A stretch of 64,000 bases of DNA, from NCBI RefSeq assembly GCF_964355755.1, contig NC_092670.1, positions 39,420,388 through 39,484,387 on the forward strand, given 5' to 3'. Position 1 is the stretch's first letter, and each line of letters starts with the position of its first letter. The notes below the pieces were generated by a model, which saw nothing but the letters and a program-made list of their open reading frames with translations, was not told where the DNA came from and did not search any database. The translations under genes were made by a program, and so were the position numbers. The stretch is from Antedon mediterranea. Its lineage: Eukaryota > Animalia > Echinodermata. This document shows, in pieces, positions 25,738-37,416 of this stretch.

Positions 25738-28394
25738 TCAAAAGAGCATCATATCACTGCACTGGTAAAATGCTGGTGGGGCCTGCGGGTTGTTGGTTTC
25801 ATAGACAACCTAAATGAAGATTAAGTAGATTAGAAATAATAATAATTCAGTTTTTTTTTAAATATTTTTCAAAGCTCAGTCTACACTATCAAACTTCATG
25901 TGACAAAAACATGCGATGTCATCATTACATATTTGGGAATGTCACTACCATATTTGGGCACATCACACTTTTTTGTCAAACTAGTTTGATAGTGTAGACA
26001 GAGTTTTATTTTGATCAAACAGACTCTGTCCAACTAATGTTGTTATAATAATATAATATACAAAATTAAAATTGCAACAATATTGAATTATGATGATATG
26101 TGGAGATGAAAAAATGGTAGATAATAAACCTACCTGCATTATCACTTTAGTATTTGGTGGTCTGTGAAAAGAAGAAAATTATTTTTTTAAATTAAATCAG
26201 TACATGTTTTCCATTCCAATTCACTAATGTGCAAACATCACACCGTTAAATCCACAAAAAAAACAGTAAGTTTTGACGTTAAATGTGCAAAAGAAATCCT
26301 ACAAATGATCTAAAAATTATTTGCACATTTTGTAGATTTTGCACATTTAACATCAAAACTGATCGCTTATACATTAAACAGCGTGATGTTCGCACATCAG
26401 TGGATTATGAATTTCTACAGATTTGTAAATTTGAGAGTGTCATGTTTGCACATTTGAGTGTAAAATATATGTACAGATGTGGTTGTTTGCACAAATGCGA
26501 CTTTTTGCAATTTTCACGTGCCTACTGTTTTATTATAGGAATACAGAAGATTTAATAGAACTAAAACAACCACATGAAATATTTCTTTTTACCTGGTTGG
26601 CAATGTAACATTGACAGAGTAGACTGTTAAAGATGGCTCCCCCTTATCGGCTACTTTTGCCAAGAGTTTGAAATCCATTGTCTTGCTATCACTCATCATC
26701 ACTGTAAATTGACCCTAAAAATTAAAAATGTTGAATAAACATTAAGCAAAAGATGAATGTAATGATTGTACTGGGTAGAAATGGGTGGGGACACTTATAC
26801 CCAGCAAACTATTTTACTATTTTTCTAAATTGAAATGTTAAGATTATAAGATGAATGTATTGAATATATTTACTGGTGTTGCAGCTGTCCAATGGTCAAG
26901 ATTCTTCTGAAAGGAGACCGTGTAGTTACCACCAGATCTGAGTGTATAAAAAAAACAAACTTGAATTATTGATATTTAAAGAAATTTGACAAAACTTGAG
27001 ACATCTTGGGAATTTACATAAAAAAGGGATACTGACGTAGAGGTCTATATGAGATACACTGCCTTAAGCTCTGTCTACACCATTAAACTTATGTGACAAA
27101 AAAATCTGATGTGCCTATAATATAGACACGATGTCATATCACTACCATATTTGGGCACATCACTACCATGTTTGAGCACATCACTACCATATTTGGGCAC
27201 ATCACTACCATGTTTGAGCACATCACTACCATATTTGGGCACATCACTACCATGTTTGAGCACATCACTACCATATTTGAGCACATCACTACCATGTTTG
27301 AGCACATCACTACCATATTTGAGCACATCACTACCATGTTTGGGCATATCACTACCATGTTTGAGCATATCACTACCATGTTTGAGCACATCACTACCAT
27401 ATTTGGGCACATCACTACCATATTTGGGCACATCACTACCATGTTTGAGCATATCACACTTTTTTTTGCCAAACTTGTTTGATAGTGTAGAGCTTTATAG
27501 TCTGCACTTTAGGTGAGCTTATATAATTATTATTATTTATTATTTATTCAGGCGAAAGATACATTTTACAAAATATAATACAAATCAACAAATTAAACAA
27601 ACACAACGCAAAAGAAAATATAAAATCATAGTCACTAGCTGCCAGTAAAGCACAAAAGCAGCCTAAGCCACTGTCACCAATTAGGTGTGTACCTCCAACC
27701 AGTGACTAATTATTACAAATAATAATATATATATATATGATAAAGTTAATATCTTATAAAGAATAACTTAATTATATTAAGCCTATAGTTTATACATGTA
27801 AATGCTAAATTAAATTATAAATAAACTATTATAAGACACATTTAAATCAGTTTTAGATATGTACATACTTGGCTCCATATTGTGGAGACATTGGGTTGCG
27901 TCCTCCACATGGTCCTTGTTCCAAACCACAGTCGCTTGCCGCTAAAAATATTAATAAATAAATAATAATCTAAAAAAATTAAAATAAAAAGTATACCGAT
28001 CATTTAATTAATTCAATTGCATTGATGTCTTCCAATCCAAACTTCTTTGGGTTGGTAATATTTAGGCTACCTGCCAGCCATATATTTAACACATAAGAAA
28101 GCTTGCATGAGTGCTGTCGTGTAAGACACATAACAAACGTCGATACTACTGTTAGTTAGGCCTGCAGTACTTTTCATTCAGCCAGGCCAGTGGGCCTGGC
28201 TGTGTGAGCTAGCTGGAGGCGAATCATCCAGAACGCTGCAGCTGCAGCACAGGCCTGACAATTTACAAACAAAACACAACCAAACCTTTGTTGTTGATGC
28301 CTATCAATGACCCCCGTTGTGGAGGACTTAACATGCACATATGTGCAGTTATACATCCGATAATTGTGCAAAGTATTACAAGCACACGAATCAT
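25738..28394 (-). CDS. Secreted N-terminal-histidine protein, LPMO-like (X325/BIM1-type fold predicted), 155 aa
   Basis: Exons 28394-28286, 27941-27869, 26937-26874, 26714-26593, 26161-26134, 25809-25738, all GT-AG and phase-compatible. Signal peptide MIRVLVILCTIIGCITA is followed by HMCMLSPPQRG...GPCGG...FQKNLDHW...PPAFYQCSDMMLF-stop. Confidence 0.85.
27067..27494. mobile_element. MITE family 1 copy with internal 21-bp unit expanded to about 15 copies
   Basis: TIRs and TTA flanks retained. Array of acatcactaccatatttgggc variants at about 27136-27455. Confidence 0.9.
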
Positions 28395-29859
28395 GTTTTC
28401 GTTTTCGTTCTTGCAAAGTACAGAAATAAAATGAGTGACCGACAAACGTTGTGTACAGTAGTTTGTTTTGATAAACTACTGGTCAGGTGCTAAATTACAT
28501 AACGTAAGTCCACGTGCCACGACATTAGATCGCTGATTGGATGAAAAGTTTCTGTTATGTAATGAGAAATTTCCAGGTACCGTCCCTGCATGCCCCCCAC
28601 GTGATGCATGTTATCGTACTTTATTGTGATTTACTATGAAAATTATATAATTAAATGAATGATGAAGAGAACATATGAAAATAATCATTAAATGAATGAG
28701 AACATAACATGAAAATAACGAAAAGAAATTTAAAAAAAAGTAAAGCAGATGTTTTATTTCATAAAACGTTGTAATTGACATCAATAATAATATGAATATT
28801 AACATATGTGATTATAAGTACAGTAATTCTGTTGGTCGGTGTCTTGTCATAGAATGACATTCTAATGTCTGATTGGGCAGTTATGGCTGTTCCAATTTAC
28901 CCCCTGGAGTGAAATATTGCCATTGTAGTGACAAAAAGTAACTAAAATCTCAGTTTTCAGCTTCAAAAATTTTAAAGAATTTTTTCCTTAATATGTTATT
29001 AACAATTATATTCTTCATTTGTGTATAAAGAAATTTGAATTCTTTCATGTCAACATTAATTTAAAATTGGCAAACATGTACACACCATGCTCTACTTGTT
29101 TCACTCCAGTCAGAGGGAGTAAGTAAGTCATATTCAACCATCCCCGACCAACAGAATTATGACAAAAGAAAATATGTTACAAAAATATATAAAGAAAATA
29201 TCTGAAAAGATAATATATACAATTCATATTAAAAAAGTCCATTGAAAGCCATACTCAATATGGTCAGTTTCTCAATTCAGCTCAGTTAGCCTAATTAGGT
29301 GGGTTTCAGATGGAAGACATTTTTTATCTACCAAATTTTTCTTTTTTTTAAATGCACCATAATTAGTTATCTCCTATAATAAACAAATTTATATCCACTT
29401 ATAATAATTTGTCAAAAAAATGTGTGTTTAATAAAAATGATTAATGGATATTTGTATTATTATACAGTTACATATACAAATTTAATTTAAAAATACCTTA
29501 TTTATATTTTGTCCATAACTTTAGTACTGAGTAAACTTTATGTCCTAAAGTCTTGTTTTATGTTTTATGTCTTTTATTATTTTTAAAACGGCATATCACA
29601 TAAACATTCTTACAATAATTACTTATTATGCAATTAAATTCAGTTAAATAAGTTTAATTTAACAAGCAGAAAAATGGTGTATTTTATATTACAATATATA
29701 TTAAAATAAACATGTGTTTTTAAAACTTAAATAAAAATATTAAGTCAACATAATATTCCTTTTTATTTCTTTTCACAGGCTTCATCTTTCACACTTCAAA
29801 TGTTTATTTTTGCATCAAAATTTTGCTCGAACAAATTTTTAATTTAAATCATTTTCAGC

Positions 29860-32185
29860 AAATGAATATTCAACGAGCTAGAGTACTGAATCTTAATGTG
29901 TTTACACATTCACTTTCCTCATGAATATTCAACAAGCTGCTGAAGTACTGAATCTTAATGTGTTTACACATTCACTTTTCTCATGAATATTCAAAAGCTG
30001 CTGGAGTACTGAATCTTAATGTGTATACACATTCACTTTCCTCATGAATATTCAACGATCTGCTAGAGTACTGAATCTTAATGTGTTTTCACATTCACTT
30101 TTCTCATGAATATTCAACAAGCTGCTGAAGTACTGAATCGTAATGTGTTTACACATTCACTTTTTTCATGAATATTCAACAAGCTGCTGGAGTACTGAAT
30201 CTTAATGTCTATACACATTCACTTTCCTCATCATGAATATTCAACAAGCTGCTGAAGTACTGAATCTTAAAGGAAAGGAACACCCTAATATCTTACCTAA
30301 CTATTATAAAAGTAACCCTACCAACTTAATATTCAGCACAATTTATGTTTAAATCGGATTTGTAGTTTTCTAGTAAACAGGATTTTAAAGCTGTTTTCAA
30401 GACATTTGAAAATCGCCATCTTGTGCTCATGGCAGCCTGTTTGTGACGTCAGATACGGCCGACGAAAATTTTAAGATTCGCGGTTGCATTCAGCGCTTCT
30501 ATTGGCTAAGCGAATCCGCTAATATGATTGGCTAATAACGCGACATGCGGTCATGCAGGACGGCGATGACACGGTATGAGCATGCGCTGGCTTGGTAAAC
30601 AAACCTTCGATCGATCTTTTCTTCTGCAAGCCAATTCGTAAATCTTTCAGCTATTGTTAATCTATTGTTACTTTTATTGCCTAGCTGTTTCAAACGGGAT
30701 TTGGTAGGGGAATTAACTAGCAAACCTTCGAAACGGAGGCTGTTGGTTGACGATGCAGTGTCTACTTTATTTTCGTTCAACACGAGTTCTAGGCCTAGTA
30801 AGGCATACAGTACAGATACACTGGCCGAAAGTACACCATTCTTCGACGGCTTGTTATGCTCGAGAATGTTCTTCTTCTATTCTTTTTTCCTCATCAGCAC
30901 GACGCAAAACTAACTCTCTTTCTGTATATTCTGGTTCCAAATTTTTTGAATTATAAAAACTCCAAGCCATATTCCGAAAATATTAGGTATGTTAGGCTAT
31001 TTAATTGATTTTATTTATGGTTATATCCCGCACTTCCATATTGAAATACTGTACTAAGACGATGGGCGCTTGGATTTGCTTGAATGCGTCCACCTAATCT
31101 GACGTCACATAATTGCTCTTAACCTGTCAAAATGGCGCTGTTCAATTTCCGATATTTTGTCGTTTAAAAGTCTATTTTTTAACTAAATTGCTTACTATTG
31201 TACCTTGAACCATTGTAATCATGTTTTTATTACATTTATCTATAAGCACAGTGGCACATTTAGCCCAGGGTGTTCCTTTCCTTTAATGTGTATACACATT
31301 CACTTTTCTCATGAATATTCAACAAGCTGGTAAAGTACTGAATCTTAATGTGTATATACATTCACTTTCCTCATGAACATTCAACAAGCTGCTGAAGTAC
31401 TGAATCTTAATGTGTGTACACATTCACTTTCCTCATGAATATTCAACAAGCTGCTGAAGTACTGAATCTTAATGTGTATACACATTCACTTTTCTCATGA
31501 ATATTCAACAAGCTGCTGGAGTACTGAATCTTAATGTGTATACACATTCACTTTCCTCATGAATATTCAACAAGCTGGTAAAGTACTGAATCTTAATGTG
31601 TATACACATTCACTTTTCTCATGAATATTCAACAAGCTGCTGGAGTACTGAATCTTAATGTGTATACATTCACTTTTCTCATGAACATTCAACAAGCTGC
31701 TGAAGTACTGAATCTTAATGTGTATACACATTCACTTTTCTCATGAATATTCAACAAGCTGCTGGAGTACTGAATCTTAATGTGTATACATATTCACTTT
31801 CCTCATGAATATTCAACAAGCTGGTAAAGTACTGAATCTTAATGTGTATACACATTCACTTTTCTCATGAATATTCAACAAGCTGCTGAAGTACTGAATC
31901 TTAATGTGTATACACATTCACTTTTCTCATGAATATTCAACAAGCTGCTGGAGTACTGAATCTTAATGTGTATACACATTCACTTTCCTCATGAATATTC
32001 AACAAGCTGGTAAAGTACTGAATCTTAATGTGTATACACATTCACTTTTCTCATGAATATTCAACAAGCTGCTGGAGTACTGAATCTTAATGTGTATACA
32101 TTCACTTTTCTCATGAATATTCAACAAGCTGCTGGAGTACTGAATCTTAATGTGTATACGCATTCACTCTCCTCATGAATATTCA
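29860..32185. repeat. 62-bp minisatellite, about 21 copies, derived from the final codons and stop of the PRKCSH-like gene
   Basis: Unit tcatgaatattcaacaagctgctggagtactgaatcttaatgtgtatacacattcactttcc. Its reverse complement reads HEESECVYTLRFSTPAAC-stop. The array is interrupted at 30271-31282. Confidence 0.95.
30271..31282. mobile_element. Kolobok-like non-autonomous DNA transposon, 1012 bp
   Basis: TTAA duplicated at 30267-30270 and 31283-31286. Perfect 16-bp TIR AGGAAAGGAACACCCT with AG...CT termini. The interrupted repeat unit resumes exactly after the element. Confidence 0.88.
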
Positions 32186-35100
32186 TTACATGGTCATTAA
32201 GCCCACATAAAAATTCAACCTGTAAAGAAAAAAGAAATTGTCAATGTCAGAATGATTCATATAATGTTATTTAAAAAAAATATTTTTCTTTTTTTCTGTT
32301 AAGAGTTAGTCATTCAACTCCAGTACTAAGCAAATGCAAAGATTAATATACAGTATTGTATAATATCAAAGAATATATATCACAAGAATGAGTAATCCGC
32401 GAAAGTGATTAAACACTAGTTTGTTAATAAATATGTATTATAAAATAGTTTACAATTGCAAAAACTATTATCATAATTCTATTTAATGTGACATGTATCA
32501 TGTCTATTAAATCAAGTCTTATTTAGTATGTATACATCCGCCCTTATGAGGGCGGGCATCACTCTCTGGAGCTCTCTGTTACAAATTTCTCATGCAAAAA
32601 TCGCGGAATACTCATTCTTGTGATATATATTCTTTGATAATATGAAGAATAATTCGTTTTTTGTTGAATATGCCATTTTATTGTCACCTAATAGTTATCC
32701 ACTGTTACCAAAAATTTGATCGAAAAGAGAAATTTAATATGCTATTTGTTTGTGTATTATGTTTAAGTAGTTGTGGTTTTCCTTGTTTATTCTGTTATAT
32801 TTGTTTAGGACCACAATGGAAATAAGTTTGCCGTCTCGGTACTTTTTTGTGTTTTTATCCTATTGATTTTATATCAGAATAAAGAAATAATAAATAAAGA
32901 AAATGTATTTATCTAAAAAACTGTAAATTTAAAGCAAAAAATAGTCAAATTGGCTGCCACGAAAGTGATTAACGTTATATTTAAAATACAAAATAATCTA
33001 TTCAAAGTCTGATTTTATTAATCTTTATTTATCATGTTTTTGGGGGGACAATACATCTTTAATGTATCCTAATAACAATTCTACAGTCCCTTATTCCATA
33101 ATACTCACCTGTGTTTTTCTTTGTACTCCCTCAGGGCAATGTCTAGAATCACCATTGACCATTACAACTATATTAGTACCATCTTTCTTATTTCCTTGGA
33201 CGACCGTTCTACGTCCCATGTTATAGTAGAACTCCCCATTATCTTCTCTAACATACCGATATGGACACACAAGATAGTTACTTTTTGCAGTGTTATACTG
33301 GAAACACTCCTTACTTAACCTATAAAACTCTCCTTCTTTTCCATAAATCTGTTTTAAATATAAGAAAAAAACGTAATATTTTGTATTACCAGGATAGGAG
33401 ATTTTTAAGTCCAATAGTTAGCATTTGAATTGTGATGACCTATGACCTGTTAGGCCCTGTTAATTCATTATGTGCATGTGTAGACACGACCTATGAACTG
33501 TTAATTCATTGTGTGCATGTGTGGACATGACCTATGAACTGTTAATTCATTGTGTGCATGTGTGGACACGACCTATGAACTATTAATTCATTGTGTGCAT
33601 GTGTGGACATGACCTATGAACTGTTAATTCATTGTGTGCATGTGTGGACATGACCTATGAACTGTTAATTCATTGTGTGCATGTGTGGACATGACCTATG
33701 AACTGTTAATTCATTGTGTGCATGTGTGGACATGACCTATGAACTGTTAATTCATTGTGTGCATGTGTGGACATGACCTATGAACTGTTAATTCATTGTG
33801 TGCATGTGTGGACATGACCTATGAACTGTTAATTCATTGTGTGCATGTGTGGACATGACCTATGAACTGTTAATTCATTGTGTGCATGTGTGGACACGAC
33901 CTATGAACTGTTATGCACTGTTAATTCATTGTGTGCATGTGTGGACATGAAGAGCTTGCTTACTGGATTCTATGACACAGTTTTGGCAGATTCTAGGTCC
34001 AGACGACGAACACAATAATGGGTAGGTCAAAAGTCGTCAGCTTTCACCCATTGAAAGCTTTCTACTGTTGTAACCATCAATGAGACAAGTCCTGTGATTG
34101 GTTAACTTACCCCATCTCTGTGTCCTTTTCCAGCCTCAACATACTTTTTCTTTAGTCTCATACCCAGTCGTTGTTGTGCACTTATATACTTGTGTTCAAA
34201 TAAGTCTTTACACACGTTACCACATGGTGAGATTTCCAGACCTTTTACTGTTGGATTACCTAAATAAAGGGTGAACAAAATATAGTAGAATCCATCTTAA
34301 GCTCTGTCTACCTTATCAAACTAGTTTGATAAAAACAGTGTGATGTGTCCAAATATGGTAGTGATATGCCCAAATATGGTAGTGATATGATGTCATCATG
34401 TCCATATATGGGCACATAACATTTTTTTGTCACATAAAAGTTTGATAAGGTTGTAGACAGAGCTTTATATAATAACCTGCTCCAAAAAGTCTGGTTGTCA
34501 GTAGCATAAGAAATGAATGAACAAATAGTAAGTAATTAATAACTATATAGAAATGAGACCGGCGCTATATAATGTCATTGGTACATGCTAACCTTTGACC
34601 TTGTTAAGACTAAATGGTCTGTCCCACTCATCAGAACCATCACAACAGTCGCATATCCCATCATTCACTCTGCTTGCTACGATATACTCACCACTCCCTT
34701 GGCAGTAAAACCTGAAACATAATAAAAATTTATGAAATGAATTTAGAATGAAGTATTTTTTGGAGGGAACCCAATGATCCCCAAATACTAGACCACATTC
34801 GGTTTGTGATGACCTGATGACCTAGGAACTAGGCTCTGTCTACACTATCAAACTAATTTGACAAAAAAAGTGTGATGTGCCCAAATATGGTAGTGATATG
34901 CTTAAATATGGTAGTGATATGACATCATCATGTCCATATATGGGCACATCACAGTTTGTTGTCACAATTGAATGCTCCCTACAAGTGACTTATTGATGGC
35001 TGGTACTTTGCAGTGCAATAAGATTTCATTGGCTTCATTACCTTCCATTGGAGCAGGCTGATGTACCAGGCTCATCCGAACCGTCTTTGGTACAATCGCA

Positions 35101-35388
35101 ATAATCATCATTTACACTTGCCCATGGTACAGTCTTACCATCAACAAAACACTGAAACCCACGGTTTGACTTGGGTCTATACAATTCTTTATCTTCTAAG
35201 CGAATTCCTCTCGGTACTTCAAAATCAAGTTCTGCCTTCCTTTGGTTCATCAATTCCAATTGTTTCTTGGAGTCCTTACTGATAATGCGCAAGATTAAGG
35301 CTTGGAATATGAAGTAGCAGATGGCCAGACCTAACAGCAAAGTGAGCCATTGAAGAGATCGACTTTTTTTACGTACAAATTTCATCAT
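32121..35388 (-). CDS. Glucosidase II beta subunit-like (PRKCSH-like) protein, short form with N-terminal membrane anchor and MRH domain, 317 aa
   Basis: Exons 35388-35042, 34711-34593, 34259-34111, 33348-33109, 32219-32121, phase-compatible. [28 protein letters not shown] and SRVNDGICDCCDGSDE form the G2B/LDLa-like domain. YGKEGEFYRLSKECF...NGDSRHCP...RKTQVEFLCG...ECVYTLRFSTPAAC forms the MRH domain. Confidence 0.87.
33457..33950. repeat. 41-bp intronic minisatellite, about 12 near-identical copies
   Basis: Unit gacctatgaactgttaattcattgtgtgcatgtgtggacat. Confidence 0.93.
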
Positions 35389-35939
35389 TCATCTAAATAC
35401 AGTTCCTTCCATTGATAAATGATAACTTTGTCATAACTGTAAAATGAAATAATTATTTGTGATGAAACAATTACTGTATGGTTTTATTAAACATAAACAT
35501 TCACAGAACAGATTTTGTTTAGAAAGATATTTAATTAAAAATGTCTATAATTATTATTAATCTAATCTTATTCTTAATGAGGATAAATAAAAAGGTTTTA
35601 ATTATTTGTTTGGCTATATGAAATTATATTTATTAAAAGACAAATAGTCCATCCCTTTTTAGGCTATCTAGGGGTGGGACGGATTACTACTAAAGGCTTT
35701 TACCCTAGTACAAGGATCAGACTAGGCTATGTAGGCCTAGGCCCAGGCCTGGTGGGGGGGGGGGGGGCTGGGGTAGTAAGTAGCAGGCAAGCTAGCTATC
35801 CGAGGATAGGAGGCCTAACTTTTTAAAATTATAGCTCTGCTAAATTGATTAGTTTACATGGATTTCGTTTAGTTTTTATAATTGTATAAAATAAAAAGAT
35901 AGGTATTAAAAAATCAAAAGAACATTATAAATCACATTA

Positions 35940-36575
35940 TAAGCGCATACACGTCACGTACGTTGTTTACGTCGTCGAACCTCCTGTGCGCCGCCATATT
36001 TTATTAAGAAGTTCTGCCGTTTTTATATGCAACAACCATATAATATATTATAATTCGTAATATTACTTTTATAACTAACTAAGATATAAAATATTAACAA
36101 AAATATATATTAATATATTAGTAAATATTTTTTTTTAAAGATAGCAGTCTGATTTGTAATATATATTAGACATTTTCAAGTAAGAAATACAAATACAAAC
36201 AGATCCTGATTTATGATTGATTGTTGATGACGTCATAGTACTCCCACAACATTATCAAGGTTACACAAAATCGGATGACTTTTAAAACAGGTTTTCCGTA
36301 TTTAAATCATCACTTAATGGTGGTGTACCGGTATTGTATATAATAAATATTACATCAATTAACTTCACTGTAACAAATGTAAGTATACACGATTTATCTA
36401 ACGGTATTATTAGTCCAAAATATAATTGCCTGTTCGGTTTAGAAAGGATCATATGCCAAATACCCTATCATGATGATAGTGATGCCGCCGCCTACCTAGC
36501 CTGTCTCTCTCTCTCTCTTGCTCTGCTGCTGACCTAAATGTGAGTGACCAAACAAGCCTAGGATATGTAAGTGCA
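35940..36575. promoter_or_regulatory. Probable divergent promoter and first non-coding exons for the PRKCSH-like gene (-) and RNF19 (+)
   Basis: CpG-retaining patches, YY1-like gccgccat near 35990, palindromic atgacgtcat near 36227, and donor-like gtaagt near 36567 on +. Assignment is inference. Confidence 0.4.
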
Positions 36576-37179
36576 AGACTAGGCACCTAGGCCTATTATT
36601 ATTACTAACCTAGAGAATGAGGCGTAGAGGCCTAGGCCTAGCTAGTCTAGTTACTTTAGCTAAGGAGTTTTAGCAAACGGTTTTATATGGTGCTCTACTA
36701 ATTTAATAAATAATTAATACTAATTTCAATAGTGAATACAAAAATAGTCTGCTATCTGCTTGTAAAAATGAAACGTTATCCTAAAAAAACAACTAACTAG
36801 TAACAGTAGTAGCTTAGTTTATTTAATATTTGTGTAAGTAAATTGTCATTTTGTCATTCATTGAAGAATACAATACTTATAATACGGTAGAGTAGGTAGC
36901 ATACAAATAGGCCAGTACCAGGAAATAAATATTTGTTGTTTTTAATAAATTTTATAATTTATGCAAATAAATAAATAAACAATAGATGTTAAATATGCTT
37001 TAAACACTACCAGTAAATAGTAGTACCCAAAGTCTTCTTTCATAAAGAAATGATTCAATATTTAGAATGAAAATTTGTTTACAGAAATTATGTTTAGTAA
37101 ATGTTGATAATAGTCCCATCATCAATCAGGTAATAAAACATAACTTTCAGTTTCTTACTACAGTATTAAACAGTATTAA

Positions 37180-37416
37180 TTAATATGGTAGTGATATTGC
37201 CAAATATGGTGGTGATATTGCCAAATATGGTGGTGATATTGCCAAACATGGTGGTGATATTGCCAAACATGGTGGTGATATTGCCAAACATGGTGGTGAT
37301 ATTGCCAAATATGGTGGTGATATGCCTACGGTAGTAATTATAATGACATCATCATGTCCATATATGGGCACCTCACATTTTTTTTCACATAAAGTTTGAT
37401 AGTGTAGACAGAGCTT
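37180..37416. mobile_element. MITE family 1 partial copy with 21-bp unit expanded to about 7 copies
   Basis: atatggtggtgatattgccaa units followed by the family TIR. Confidence 0.85.

Noticed and set aside
27075-27516. Four overlapping heptad-repeat ORFs (KHGSDVL, HITTMFE and similar)
   Set aside because: They are translations of the 21-bp array inside a MITE in an intron. The unit is a multiple of 3 and lacks stops in several frames.
29860-33950. CRISPR-like appearance of the regular 62-bp and 41-bp arrays
   Set aside because: Units are head-to-tail with no unique spacers, there are no cas genes, and the context is eukaryotic.
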